A stretch of 64,000 nt of DNA from Chitinophagales bacterium (GCA_017984135.1 JAGNZZ010000001.1:119801-183800), one strand, 5' to 3'. Shown: positions 28,920 through 41,030, counted from the stretch's first letter. Notes: generated by a model not told the origin, from the letters alone. A program made the numbers and translations.

Positions 28920-30575
28920 TCAACTAAATAATTTACCTGGATTCATAATTCCTTTTGGATCCAATTTATTTTTTATCGATTTTAATACCTCTAATGCTAA
29001 ATCATTGGAATATGTTTTGTACCATTTTTGATGATCAGCACCAACGCTATGATGGTGTGACACAGAACCATTGTGTTGCATAATAGTGTTAGTCACTAAT
29101 TCTTTTATTTCATTCCATTGTTCCACTTCTCTTCCTTTAAGCATAGGTGTAATCACGGTGAAATACATACAAGCTGCATTTGGATAAACATGTGAAATAT
29201 GAGCTAAAAAAATGCCTTTATTTTTATTAAATGCTGAAAACTTACTAAGCTCTTTAGTTAAGGCTTGATGTAGCTTTTGTACATCTTTCCATTGCACTAA
29301 AGTTTCCATAGTGTCGATATAAATAGAATGTTCCACCAACGTATCACGCAAATAAGGAAGTTTAAATCTACTTTCAGCCCATTTGTCGCCAATGGTATTG
29401 GGAGCCAGCATGCCTTTGTGTTTATCCACTAAGTCTTTTGCTAAAATTATTTGAGAAGACACACTAAAATCACCTTGAGGGAAACGCATAATGCAAACAC
29501 AAGGTTCGGTTAAATTTTTCCATTGTAAAATAAATTTCTGAGCTTCTTTTTTAAAATCATTTAATAAACCAGGTTGGCCTGTTGATGCTGACATTTTTGA
29601 AAATAAGTTAGTTTCATTGGCATCAGATAAACGAACTACGGATGGTTTAATTCCGGATTGGATTAATTCTTTTAAATAATTACTGCCTTGTTGGAAAGAT
29701 GGAAATAGAGCAACAATCCATCTGTAGTTTTTAGGTAGCTTTTTAATTTTTACGGTTGCTTCTGTTACAACACCTAATGTGCCTTCACTGCCAACAAAAA
29801 ATGGCAATACATTAATGCCTGAAGCATCGTGAGAAAATGCATTGCTTTCTAATGTTCCTATTGGTGTGGCTACTTTTATTTTTTCTACTAAATCTTCTAT
29901 TTTTCCGTAATAGGTAGATTCTTGACCAGCACCACGTGTTACAATCCATCCACCTAAAGTTGAGTATTCAAAAGATTGAGGAAAATGACCTAAAGTATAT
30001 CCTTTTGCATTCAGTATTTTTTCTAATTCAGGACCAAATATTCCGGCTTCAAACGTTGCCATGCAATGCTCTTCATCTATTTGTAACATGCGTTTGTATT
30101 TACGTAAATCTAAGGTACAAATAGCTTCTGCTTTCGATTGTAAATTATCCAATGATAATGCACCCACTACATTTGTGCCACCTCCAAAAGGAATAATAAA
30201 TACATTGCTTTCACTGGCTTGTGTTAAAACATATTGAATTTCATCGTGTGTAGTAGGAGTAATCACCACATCCGGCGATACAAAATCATTTCCATTGAAA
30301 ATACGAATGACATCGTAATAACTTTTACCTAATGAAACCGTTAATCTATCCTCTTCATTAAAGGATATTTTTTTAGGATGAAGTGATGCAAAAATATCTT
30401 TTATTAAATTTTTTTTCTTTTCAGATAAAATAGGCAATTCAAATGATTTTGGTGGAAAAAAATCTTCTCTTAAGCGCATTTTCCATCGCTCTTCCACCAT
30501 GTCTTTTAATTTTGGATAATCATTTATATGTTTTAATTCGTTTGGGTCGCCCCATCTCCACCAATTACGTTGCAT
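28920..30575 (-). CDS. FAD-linked oxidase resembling alkyl-dihydroxyacetone-phosphate synthase (AGPS)
   Basis: N-terminal WWRWGDP start, PCMH-type FAD-binding domain (PDVVITPTTHDEIQYVL...IIPFGGGTNVVG), and a C-terminal HHHSVGADH block as in AGPS-like proteins. Confidence 0.7.
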   Translation of the reverse strand: MQRNWWRWGDPNELKHINDYPKLKDMVEERWKMRLREDFFPPKSFELPILSEKKKNLIKDIFASLHPKKISFNEEDRLTVSLGKSYYDVIRIFNGNDFVSPDVVITPTTHDEIQYVLTQASESNVFIIPFGGGTNVVGALSLDNLQSKAEAICTLDLRKYKRMLQIDEEHCMATFEAGIFGPELEKILNAKGYTLGHFPQSFEYSTLGGWIVTRGAGQESTYYGKIEDLVEKIKVATPIGTLESNAFSHDASGINVLPFFVGSEGTLGVVTEATVKIKKLPKNYRWIVALFPSFQQGSNYLKELIQSGIKPSVVRLSDANETNLFSKMSASTGQPGLLNDFKKEAQKFILQWKNLTEPCVCIMRFPQGDFSVSSQIILAKDLVDKHKGMLAPNTIGDKWAESRFKLPYLRDTLVEHSIYIDTMETLVQWKDVQKLHQALTKELSKFSAFNKNKGIFLAHISHVYPNAACMYFTVITPMLKGREVEQWNEIKELVTNTIMQHNGSVSHHHSVGADHQKWYKTYSNDLALEVLKSIKNKLDPKGIMNPGKLFS

Positions 30576-30685
30576 AGCTTAATTTTTATGTAAATTACAA
30601 CAATACGATTAAGAAAACCAAATCAAATAAACATTAAATCCAATTCATTATTCGATGATTTTAAGTCTATCCGTTTTAAATTCAG

Positions 30686-30693
30686 TATCTTTG
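30686..30693 (+). promoter_or_regulatory. Bacteroidota -7 box (TATCTTTG) for the ABC-F gene
   Basis: Perfect TAnnTTTG 20 nt upstream of ATG 30714. Confidence 0.45.
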
Positions 30694-30710
30694 CACCAAA
30701 TTTTAGATAG

Positions 30711-32345
<1,635 letters not shown>

Positions 32346-32365
32346 TTTATTTTTTAAATAAAATT

Positions 32366-32409
32366 GACAATATATCGACAAAAGATTGTTTGGTATATTG
32401 TCTTTTTTT
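32366..32409 (+). terminator. Rho-independent terminator
   Basis: Stem gacaatata / tatattgtc followed by a 7-T run. Confidence 0.6.
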
Positions 32410-32440
32410 ATTTTAGATATTCATTTCAAAAATTTAAAAC

Positions 32441-33415
32441 ATGATTTTACCACAACAAGATTTCATATACGACCAACACCAAACGGTAGTGCCATTTGGC
32501 ATTTATGATGATTTAATAAAAAATGTCGATACATCATCAGTCGATAAACAAGGATTTGTAGCTAAAAAAAGACGTACAGAACGAAAAGCTTGGATTTTTG
32601 TAGGCGTGTTTAGTCCTGAATTAATTTGTGGCCTCGCAATAGTGGATGCAGGAATGGTAGCCACTGCATTTTCCTATTTTTATTCATTTAAAGACAGCTT
32701 ATTTGAAGAAGATAAAATCACGGTTCCCTTGGGTTTCCCAACCGATTTTAACCCAAATTTAGACAGTGAATGGAAGTTGGGAAACTATCTCATAAAAACA
32801 GAAAATGGCAAAATGAAACTCCAATATGTTGGTAAATATAAGTTATACATGGAATTGGAAAATACGGCGAATGGAGTTAGTATTGTAGCACCTTCAAAAG
32901 GAGATAAGCCGTTTAATTTTACTTACAAGAATGTATGTTTACCTGTAAAAGTGCAAATAAATAAAGGCAATACGAATACTTATGCAACAAGTGGAAAATA
33001 TGGTTCAATAGATTTTACAAAAGGGTTTCCGCCAAGAGAAACTATTTGGAATTGGTTGTCATTTATTGGAATTACAGAATCTAAAAAATCTATCGCAGTT
33101 AATTTAGTAGATAGGTTTAATAATAATATGGAGAATATTTTGTGGATTGATGGACAAAAAACCACCTTGTCATCCGCTACTTTTTCGATGCAAGCGCCTT
33201 ATGACAAATCGGATTGGAATATTACCACTCAAGATGGAATATTAAAATGTCATTTATCGCCTTGTGGTGCGCGAAGTGAAAATATAAATGCATTAGTGAT
33301 GAAAAGTAAATTCATTCAACCATTTGGAACACTAGATGGTTCCGTAATGATAGATGGGAAAGAGGAAAAATTTACTGCAATCGGCGTAGCCGAAGACCAT
33401 CATGCTATTTGGTAA
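32441..33415 (+). CDS. Hypothetical protein (I tentatively recall DUF2804)
   Basis: 324-aa ORF with a coding-like profile. The family assignment is from memory only. Confidence 0.45.
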   Translation: MILPQQDFIYDQHQTVVPFGIYDDLIKNVDTSSVDKQGFVAKKRRTERKAWIFVGVFSPELICGLAIVDAGMVATAFSYFYSFKDSLFEEDKITVPLGFPTDFNPNLDSEWKLGNYLIKTENGKMKLQYVGKYKLYMELENTANGVSIVAPSKGDKPFNFTYKNVCLPVKVQINKGNTNTYATSGKYGSIDFTKGFPPRETIWNWLSFIGITESKKSIAVNLVDRFNNNMENILWIDGQKTTLSSATFSMQAPYDKSDWNITTQDGILKCHLSPCGARSENINALVMKSKFIQPFGTLDGSVMIDGKEEKFTAIGVAEDHHAIW

Positions 33416-33423
33416 CGTGCACA

Positions 33424-34302
33424 TTATTCGGCTAAAACTCCAAATTTTCCAGTGTTATAATCTTCAAATGCTTGGACCAATTCTTCAGGGTTATTCATCA
33501 CGAATGGTCCATGAGCTGCTATTGGTTCATCAATTGGTTCTCCACTTAATATTAACACAATCGATTTTTCATTGGCTTTTATTTTAATTTTTTCGCCATC
33601 ATTTTTCAGCAACACAAAGTGATTAAAAGGAGCGTTGCTGCTTTCGTTTACAGTAATATCACCTTCTATAACTAACAATGCGGTATTGTATTCTTTTGGA
33701 AATAAAAATTCTACTTCGCTATCTTGATTCAATTTTGCATTATATAGATGTATTGGGGTGAAAGTACTGGCAGCACCTTGAATGCCTTGATAATTTCCGG
33801 CAATAATTTCCAGTTCACCTTGTTGCTTATTCAAAATAAAACGTTGAATCCTATTATTTGATAACGCTTGATATTTTGGAGAACTCATTTTATCTTTTGC
33901 AGGTAAATTAATCCATAATTGTACCATTTGAAACTCACCACCATTTTTACTCCATTCTTTCTCATGAAATTCTTTATGTAAAATGCCAGCAGCAGCAGTC
34001 ATCCATTGCACATCGCCTTCCTCAATAATTCCACCGCCACCACTACTGTCATGATGTTCCACTTTTCCTTTATAAGCAATTGTGACTGTTTCAAATCCAC
34101 GATGTGGATGTACACCAACGCCACGAGGAATTTCTCTAGCACTAAATTGGTATTTAGAATTATAATCTAATAGAATAAATGGTGACATCCTTTTCATACT
34201 TAAGCTTGGAAAACTTGGAATGAAATTGTGCACTCTAAATCCATCTCCTACAAAATGTGGTTCACTGGGCGCAATAATTGCTTCTACTGTTTTATATAAC
34301 AT
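33424..34302 (-). CDS. Pirin-family bicupin protein
   Basis: HPHRGFETVTIAYKGKVEHHDS metal-binding motif, ~290 aa. Confidence 0.9.
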   Translation of the reverse strand: MLYKTVEAIIAPSEPHFVGDGFRVHNFIPSFPSLSMKRMSPFILLDYNSKYQFSAREIPRGVGVHPHRGFETVTIAYKGKVEHHDSSGGGGIIEEGDVQWMTAAAGILHKEFHEKEWSKNGGEFQMVQLWINLPAKDKMSSPKYQALSNNRIQRFILNKQQGELEIIAGNYQGIQGAASTFTPIHLYNAKLNQDSEVEFLFPKEYNTALLVIEGDITVNESSNAPFNHFVLLKNDGEKIKIKANEKSIVLILSGEPIDEPIAAHGPFVMNNPEELVQAFEDYNTGKFGVLAE

Positions 34303-34336
34303 ACTCTAATTTTTTTTAAAATAGATATAGAAATAA

Positions 34337-34344
34337 CAAACTTA
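34337..34344 (-). promoter_or_regulatory. Bacteroidota -7 box (TAAGTTTG) for the pirin gene
   Basis: Perfect TAnnTTTG on the minus strand, 34 nt upstream of ATG 34302. Confidence 0.4.
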
Positions 34345-34455
34345 GGTTTATAATGTTTTTGTTACTTAGAAACATTCCTGTTTTTTGGCATAAATATTGT
34401 TTTGTGAACTTGTAAATTATAATTATTTTAGCATTTATTAAAACCAATTTTTTAT

Positions 34456-35019
34456 ATGAAACAATTACTATTAATAGCATTTGCATTTTGTTTGTTTACA
34501 ACCAGTAATGCACAAGTAACTGTAAATGGAGTTACATTACCATCCAAATTAAAAACAACTACTTCGGAACTTACCTTAAACGGTGCTGGTGTTCGTAAAA
34601 AAGCATTTTTTAAAGTGTATGTATTAGGTTTGTATTTGCAAGCAAAAAGTACCGATGCGGTAAGCATTCTAAAATCGGATAAAGATATGGCAGTGCGTTT
34701 GCAAATTACTTCAAGTGTTGTAAATAGTGATAATATGTCAGAAGCCATCCATGAAGGTTTTACTAAGTCATTGGGTGGAAATACTGCACCATTAAAATCT
34801 AAAATTGACAATTTTATTTCTATTTTTTCTAAAGAAAAAATTAAAGAAGGTGATGTATTTATTTTAGATTATACTAAAGAGATTGGTGTGAAATCGTATA
34901 AAAATGGAAAATTATTGGCTACAATTGCTGGTGAAGATTTTAAAGATGCCTTATTTGGAATATGGTTAGGTGCTAATCCAATTGATTCTGGGTTAAAAAC
35001 AAGCATTTTAGGAAAATAA
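34456..35019 (+). CDS. Chalcone-isomerase-like family periplasmic protein
   Basis: Signal peptide plus LTLNGAGVRKKAFFKVYVLGLYL, characteristic of the bacterial chalcone_isomerase-like family. Confidence 0.7.
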   Translation: MKQLLLIAFAFCLFTTSNAQVTVNGVTLPSKLKTTTSELTLNGAGVRKKAFFKVYVLGLYLQAKSTDAVSILKSDKDMAVRLQITSSVVNSDNMSEAIHEGFTKSLGGNTAPLKSKIDNFISIFSKEKIKEGDVFILDYTKEIGVKSYKNGKLLATIAGEDFKDALFGIWLGANPIDSGLKTSILGK

Positions 35020-35038
35020 TATCTACTTAAAATAGTTG

Positions 35039-35069
35039 AAATGCGTTCTGTTAAGAACGCATTTTTTTT
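35039..35069 (+). terminator. Rho-independent terminator
   Basis: 11-bp stem aaatgcgttct / agaacgcattt, gtta loop, 8-T run. Confidence 0.75.
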
Positions 35070-35112
35070 ATCCTTATGTTAAAGTTGTAAATACAATAAA
35101 GAAATTGAATTT

Positions 35113-36918
35113 TTATTTTCTTGGGGTGAGTTTGTTAATCTTGTTTTCTTCATTTACATCTAGTCCATTTTTTTGTGTTTGACCTTTAAACAACTGTTGC
35201 TTATTTTGGAATAATTGCTTGCTAGAATCTTGTATTTCACGATTGTCTTTTCGTACAAATAATTCTTTTTTGGGTTGTTCAAATGGATTTCTACCTTTAT
35301 ATCTTGGTGTTAATTCATTTTCTTCAAATAATTTATGAGATAAGAAAAGTTCTCGTCTTGCACTGCGTGCTATTAAGCCTTCCGTTGGATTATAAACACC
35401 TTCAATGCCATCGAAAGCAATAGGAGAAACTTGTTCCATTTTAAAAGCGGAAGCAGTTTGTGCAGCATCTAGGTTTACTTTAGATTGATAATCGAAATAT
35501 TTTTTTACAATTTTACGTACATAATTAAAAGGTTCTTGTCCACGGCAATAGCCATATTTTACCACTGGATCACGGTAAAATTTTGGATTCGATTTATACA
35601 ACATAAAATATTCTACTGAACCATCCCATTTATCTTTTGGATATCCATTTTTTTCCGCCAAACGCATGGCATCTTGTACATGTCCTGGTCCTGCATTGTA
35701 TGAGGCTAAAATAAATTTTATACGTTGCGTAAAATCGGTAACGTTTGACCACATTTTTTCCAAATATTTTAAATAATCTGTTCCACCTTTAATGTTAGCA
35801 TTTGGATTGTAAACTTGTGAAGCAGGAACGCCAATTTGTCGCGCAGTTCCAGGCATTAATTGCATTAAACCTTGTGCACCACACCAAGAACGTGCGTTGG
35901 GATTGAATTTAGATTCTTGATAGATAACCGCTGCGACTAACCGCCAATCCCAATTTATTTTTTTTGCATGCTGTTGAATAATGGCATCATAATGAGAAAT
36001 CATTCCTTGCTGTAATTCGGCATTTTCATCAAACCCAAATTGAATGTATTTATTTTCATTAAAGTACTTAAAATAGAGAGTACTGTATAGTTTTTCTTTC
36101 TCAAAAAGTGCTATCCATTTGTTTACATGTGCTAACAATTCAGGTGCATTTTTACGAACAGCCCAATGCAATGCTTCCGGTTTTCCAATGGAAGTATTTA
36201 CATCTAAGTTTTCAAAATAAGATTTGTTGACTAATGCCACATCTTTATTTGCTATGGTATAATCAATTTCATGATTGGCTACTGCTTCAATGATATCGTC
36301 TGTACTTCTTCCATCTGGCAAAATGCGTACATCCATGTTAATGCCAATGGAATCGGATACTTCTTTCAGGTGATTATAGTAAATTGAATTATCTGCAACA
36401 TAAATAATTTTATCTGCCAACTGTTCTACGGAAAGTAAAAGTGTATCCTTTATATGTGTGCTATCTGTTGGATTATTGCTAATGCTCGCTTTTCGCTGCA
36501 CAATGACTTGTTCCACACTTCTATATGGATTTGTTAAAGAGATTTGATGTTTAATTACTTGGCTATTCAATAATCCATTGGCAATAATATCGCCTTTGCC
36601 TTCGTTTAATAAGTTAAATGGATTTTCTTTAGCTTGAGCAATTACTAATTCTAATTTTACGCCCAATGAATGTGCATATTGTTGCATCAATTCATATTCA
36701 AAACCTAAACGTTGTCCTTTGTAAATAAAATAACCAATAGAATTATATTCTATAATGACACGCAAAACACCACGCTCTTTAATCTCATTGATGTCGAAAG
36801 AAACAGTAGGTTCAGAAATGGTATTTTTTTTATCTTGATATTCAGCTAACCATTTAGTTGCTAAAAAGGAGATAATGGTAAACAAGGTTAATAATATCCA
36901 ATTTCTTGTAGTGTTCAT
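35113..36918 (-). CDS. MltF-like membrane-bound lytic murein transglycosylase (solute-binding-like domain plus SLT domain) with a long C-terminal extension
   Basis: SBP_bac_3-like N-terminal half. SLT catalytic block (AVIYQESKFNPNARSWCGAQGLMQLMPGTA...YNAGPGHV). Confidence 0.8.
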   Translation of the reverse strand: MNTTRNWILLTLFTIISFLATKWLAEYQDKKNTISEPTVSFDINEIKERGVLRVIIEYNSIGYFIYKGQRLGFEYELMQQYAHSLGVKLELVIAQAKENPFNLLNEGKGDIIANGLLNSQVIKHQISLTNPYRSVEQVIVQRKASISNNPTDSTHIKDTLLLSVEQLADKIIYVADNSIYYNHLKEVSDSIGINMDVRILPDGRSTDDIIEAVANHEIDYTIANKDVALVNKSYFENLDVNTSIGKPEALHWAVRKNAPELLAHVNKWIALFEKEKLYSTLYFKYFNENKYIQFGFDENAELQQGMISHYDAIIQQHAKKINWDWRLVAAVIYQESKFNPNARSWCGAQGLMQLMPGTARQIGVPASQVYNPNANIKGGTDYLKYLEKMWSNVTDFTQRIKFILASYNAGPGHVQDAMRLAEKNGYPKDKWDGSVEYFMLYKSNPKFYRDPVVKYGYCRGQEPFNYVRKIVKKYFDYQSKVNLDAAQTASAFKMEQVSPIAFDGIEGVYNPTEGLIARSARRELFLSHKLFEENELTPRYKGRNPFEQPKKELFVRKDNREIQDSSKQLFQNKQQLFKGQTQKNGLDVNEENKINKLTPRK

Positions 36919-37059
36919 GTTTTTAATCTTGTATTAGATGTAATTCATTGTTAATTACTGACTTTTATAGAAATAAATTTTAGGTTGTTTATTATTATTT
37001 TAGCAAACGAATATCTGAATAGTTCCTACAATATTCAATTTTTTTTTGTTTTTTTTGTA

Positions 37060-37515
37060 ATGAATAGTATAAATGTTTTTTCGATGGATGAAATTTTAGA
37101 TGAAAAAACCTATGAAACTCGTACGGTAGAATATGCATCCTTTATCCAACGTAGCCTTGCTTTTGTTGTGGATATTGCATTGTTGAATTTAATTTGTTTT
37201 GCTACTAACAGATATTTCGGTATTGCGCCTACATTGCAACTGTTCATCACTTCAAATTGGTGGCAATTAATCCTTATTTTTTCAATCTATTATATATATT
37301 TTGAAGGAGGTGAATGGAATGCTACATTAGGCAAGCAAATCGTAAATATTCGTGTGTTAAATGAAGAAAAAAGAGATATTGATTATTGGATGGCTAGCAA
37401 ACATTTATTTTTTTCTGTTTCACTTTTTTTTGGATTTATTGCAATACTAACCAATGTTAAAAAGCAAACATTAGCCGATTTGATTTGTAAAATAATAGTT
37501 GTAAATAGAAACTAA
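37060..37515 (+). CDS. RDD-family membrane protein
   Basis: ASFIQRSLAFVVDIALL... RDD-type TM arrangement. Start taken as the first ATG (37060); the track's TTG 36985 extension is poly-Phe junk. Confidence 0.65.
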   Translation: MNSINVFSMDEILDEKTYETRTVEYASFIQRSLAFVVDIALLNLICFATNRYFGIAPTLQLFITSNWWQLILIFSIYYIYFEGGEWNATLGKQIVNIRVLNEEKRDIDYWMASKHLFFSVSLFFGFIAILTNVKKQTLADLICKIIVVNRN

Positions 37516-38178
37516 TTATTCAGATATATGCATTAATTCTTCTTGTTCTAATCGAACATAATTCATTCCTAAATTATACTCTTTATCAAATAATTTCAAC
37601 AATTGTCTGTACGCAAAAACATTGCTAATCCAATCAATTCCATTCACATCAATAATCACATATTTGTAATTTGGATTTTGTTTAAAAAATTCAAAGTACA
37701 TTTTTTCCAGACGATTTAAATATATTCTGGACATATTTTGTTCGTAATCTCTTCCTCGTTTTCTGATGTTTCGCAAAAGTTGATCAGAATCGGCATGCAA
37801 ATAAAAAATGATTTCAGGTTTAGGTAATTTCTTATAAATTTGATCAAAGAAATGTTTGTAAAGTCTATATTCTTGTTTGTTTAAATTTACTTTGGAAAAC
37901 AATAAACATTTTTGCAGCATATAATCCGTTACTGTAAAATTGGAAAAAATATTGGGTTCGCTGAAAATACGTGTGAGCTGTTGATAGCGTTCAATTAAAA
38001 AAGACATTTCTAATTGTAAAGCGTATTTAGAATTATCTTCATAGAATTTAGGCAAATATGGATTGTCTTCAAAGGCTTCCAAAATAAGTTGACCTTTAAA
38101 TTCTTCAGCAAGCAAAGATGCTAAAGTGGTTTTGCCAGCACCAATATTTCCTTCGATTCCAATAAATTTATACTTCAT
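37516..38178 (-). CDS. Deoxynucleoside kinase
   Basis: P-loop IGIEGNIGAGKTTL, ERS-like and RxRxR (IRKRGRDYE) motifs. Confidence 0.85.
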   Translation of the reverse strand: MKYKFIGIEGNIGAGKTTLASLLAEEFKGQLILEAFEDNPYLPKFYEDNSKYALQLEMSFLIERYQQLTRIFSEPNIFSNFTVTDYMLQKCLLFSKVNLNKQEYRLYKHFFDQIYKKLPKPEIIFYLHADSDQLLRNIRKRGRDYEQNMSRIYLNRLEKMYFEFFKQNPNYKYVIIDVNGIDWISNVFAYRQLLKLFDKEYNLGMNYVRLEQEELMHISE

Positions 38179-38201
38179 ATTTACGATACAACAATTTATG
38201 A

Positions 38202-38690
38202 TTATTTAGGAGTAAAAATACCAACTTTCAAGTCATCTGCACAAATTTTTATTAATTCTTCTATTGTTTTTTTAAAAATGGGATGAATATAACTTTTATT
38301 TACTTCCATTAAAGGTTGCAGTGTAAATTTTCTGAGATGTAAACGTGGATGCGGAATTTGCAAATTTTTGGCATGTAAAATGTACCCTTCATAAAATAAA
38401 ATATCAATATCAATAGTTCGAGCTGCATTTTGTTGCTTATTGGTTCGTCCTAGATTTTTTTCAATTTTTTGTAAAATATGTAAAAGTTGAAATGGCGTTT
38501 TTGAAGTACTTAATTCCAATACTTGATTTAAATATTTAGGTTGATTTAAATTTCCCCAAGGTTCTGTTTCATAAATGCTGGAAACCTGCAATATTTCTCC
38601 CACTTCTAGTTGCAAATAGTGTTTGGCGGCCAAAAGATATTGAATTCTATGGTTTTTATTAGAGCCTAATAGTAAATAAATCGTATTCAA
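38202..38690 (-). CDS. folK: 2-amino-4-hydroxy-6-hydroxymethyldihydropteridine diphosphokinase
   Basis: YLLLGSN...SSIYETEPWG...YLNQV...RTIDIDILFY...HPR motifs. TTG start. Confidence 0.88.
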   Translation of the reverse strand: MNTIYLLLGSNKNHRIQYLLAAKHYLQLEVGEILQVSSIYETEPWGNLNQPKYLNQVLELSTSKTPFQLLHILQKIEKNLGRTNKQQNAARTIDIDILFYEGYILHAKNLQIPHPRLHLRKFTLQPLMEVNKSYIHPIFKKTIEELIKICADDLKVGIFTPK

Positions 38691-38717
38691 GATTAATATT
38701 TTACCAATAATAACAAC

Positions 38718-38725
38718 TAATTTTG
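38718..38725 (+). promoter_or_regulatory. Bacteroidota -7 box (TAATTTTG) for sppA
   Basis: Perfect TAnnTTTG 43 nt upstream of ATG 38769. Confidence 0.4.
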
Positions 38726-38768
38726 AACTTTCTTTAAAAAAATATCATTTAATACCTAAAAATAAAAT

Positions 38769-40547
38769 ATGAGATCATTTTTGAAAACGTTTTTTGCTTG
38801 TTTATTTGCATTTGGATTTGTTATTTTTTTTATATTTTTCTTCTTAATCGGTGGAATATTAAGTGATGGCGAATCGGCACCTAAGTTAGAGGCGAACAGT
38901 ATTTTAAACCTCACTTTAAAAGGAGAAATTACAGACAGAGCATATACCAATCCATTTAGAAATATCAATCCGGTGAGTGCACTTACAGGAACGGTTTCAG
39001 ATGCATCCACCATTGGGTTGTTTGAGTTAAAAGATGTTTTAAAATATGCCAAGCAAGATGAAAATATAAAAGGTGTTTTCTTAAATATTGATGAATTACA
39101 AGGCAATCCATCCACTATGTTTGAGTTGCGAACAGCATTAGCAGAATTTAAAAAATCGAATAAGATTTTATATGCCTATTCCAATTCAACACCAGAAATT
39201 AATTTCATGATTAACACGTTGGCCGATAAATTTTATATCAATCCATTAGGAGATTGTGAGTTTGATGGTTTTGCTATGCAAATGGATTATTACAAAGGAT
39301 TGATGGATAAATTAGGTATTGAGTATAAAGTATTTTATGTAGGAGAATACAAGAGTGCCACTGAAAGTATGCGCAGAACCAATATGAGTCCGGAAGATAG
39401 ATTGCAACGCAGTGAATTATTAAATGATATTGCAGGTAACTATTTAAGTTTTATTCATCAAAATACAAAAATCACCATTGACAGTTTAAAATTATTACAA
39501 GATAATTTAACGGTAATGACATCGAAAGATGCTGTAAAATATGGTTTAGCATCAGGTGTGAAATATGAAGATGAAGTAATGGATGAAATTAAATCCAAGT
39601 TAGGCTATAAAAAATCAGATGATTTGAAACTGATTTCATTCAATAGTTATAATGAAATTGTTAAATCAAAAACAAAGAAAAAAGAGGAAAACAAAATAGC
39701 CGTGTTGTATGCGGAAGGCACCATAAATGATAGCAAATCAGACGATGGTGTAATTGGTGGCGTTGCTTACGTAAAATTGATAAATGAGATAAATAAAGAT
39801 GCATCCATAAAAGGATTGGTGTTGCGTGTAAATTCGCCTGGCGGAAGCGCATTTGCTTCTGAACAAATTTATCATACATTGAAAAAATTAAAAACAAGAA
39901 TTCCAATTGTCGTTTCTATGGGTGATTTTGCGGCTTCAGGTGGTTATTATATTTCTGCAAATGCCAATAAAATTATTGCAGAACCCAATACAATAACAGG
40001 TTCCATTGGAATTTTTGGCATGATTCCAAATATTCGCAAAGCAATGAATGAAAAAGTAGGTGTTACTTTTGATGAAGTGACAACTGCAAAACATGCCAAC
40101 TTTTTTAATTTAGTGAATGATTGGGATGAACTAGAAACGAGTAAAGTACAACATCAAGTAGAAAGTGGATATGCCATATTTTTAGATAGAGTTTCCACTG
40201 GTAGAAATATGGATACCGCAGCTGTTAATAAAGTGGCTCGTGGTCGTGTATGGACAGGGCAAGATGCCTTAAAAATTGGCTTGGTAGATGAATTAGGTGG
40301 CTTGGATTTAGCAATACAACGAGTAAAAGAATTAGCAAAAATTAAAAATGCAGAATTAGTAAATTATCCCAAAAGCAAAAGTATGGTTGAAAATATTTTG
40401 AGCGAATTAATGGGAAATAAAGAAGATGCTAATTCGAAAATGCTAAAAAACATTACGCCACAACTGCTGTTTTATAAACAATTAGAGCAAATTCAATCCT
40501 TAGGAATTTATCAATATAAATTGCCTTACGAAGTAAAAATTAGATGA
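38769..40547 (+). CDS. sppA: Signal peptide peptidase SppA, 67K type (tandem S49 domains)
   Basis: N-terminal TM, two ClpP/S49-like halves, catalytic context GDFAASGGYY. Confidence 0.9.
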   Translation: MRSFLKTFFACLFAFGFVIFFIFFFLIGGILSDGESAPKLEANSILNLTLKGEITDRAYTNPFRNINPVSALTGTVSDASTIGLFELKDVLKYAKQDENIKGVFLNIDELQGNPSTMFELRTALAEFKKSNKILYAYSNSTPEINFMINTLADKFYINPLGDCEFDGFAMQMDYYKGLMDKLGIEYKVFYVGEYKSATESMRRTNMSPEDRLQRSELLNDIAGNYLSFIHQNTKITIDSLKLLQDNLTVMTSKDAVKYGLASGVKYEDEVMDEIKSKLGYKKSDDLKLISFNSYNEIVKSKTKKKEENKIAVLYAEGTINDSKSDDGVIGGVAYVKLINEINKDASIKGLVLRVNSPGGSAFASEQIYHTLKKLKTRIPIVVSMGDFAASGGYYISANANKIIAEPNTITGSIGIFGMIPNIRKAMNEKVGVTFDEVTTAKHANFFNLVNDWDELETSKVQHQVESGYAIFLDRVSTGRNMDTAAVNKVARGRVWTGQDALKIGLVDELGGLDLAIQRVKELAKIKNAELVNYPKSKSMVENILSELMGNKEDANSKMLKNITPQLLFYKQLEQIQSLGIYQYKLPYEVKIR

Positions 40548-40628
40548 TAAAAAATAAATTTAAATAAGATTTAATTAGAAATGAATTTTATAAATTAAAT
40601 AGCAAAAAGATAATTCACGTTTTAGTTA

Positions 40629-40994
40629 TTATCTGCCACGTTTTCCGCCACGTTGGAAGCCACTTTTTCCAGGAAAATTTTTTCTAGCTTTATCGAAATC
40701 GCCTTTAAAGTTGGTGCCACCTTTTCCAAAATTTTTCTTTTTGGGCTTTTCATTTTTTACTTCAGATTTGCTCACAATAATGGCACGATCCATCACAATG
40801 CTGGCATCTAATGCTTTAATGGCTTGTAGTGCTTCGTGATCGTTGGGCATCACCACAAATCCAAATCCTTTATTTTGTCGTGTAATTTTATCAATAATAA
40901 TTTTTACGGATTCCACTTCTCCAAATTGCTCAAAGAGTTCTTTTAATGCTTGTTCTTTTAGTTTAAATGGCAAGCTGCCTACAAAAATATCCAT
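40629..40994 (-). CDS. RRM-domain RNA-binding protein with a Gly/Lys/Arg-rich tail
   Basis: RNP2 IFVGSL and RNP1 KGFGFVVM motifs. The C-terminal region is KKKNFGKGG...RGGKRGR. Confidence 0.85.
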   Translation of the reverse strand: MDIFVGSLPFKLKEQALKELFEQFGEVESVKIIIDKITRQNKGFGFVVMPNDHEALQAIKALDASIVMDRAIIVSKSEVKNEKPKKKNFGKGGTNFKGDFDKARKNFPGKSGFQRGGKRGR

Positions 40995-41030
40995 ATCATT
41001 TATTTTTATAAAAATACTTTTAAAAATTGA

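Noticed and set aside
36985-37059. TTG-initiated N-terminal extension of the RDD-family ORF (MFIIILANEYLNSSYNIQFFFVFFV).
   Set aside because: It is encoded by a poly-T/AT-rich promoter-like stretch. The first ATG (37060) gives a sensible N-terminus.
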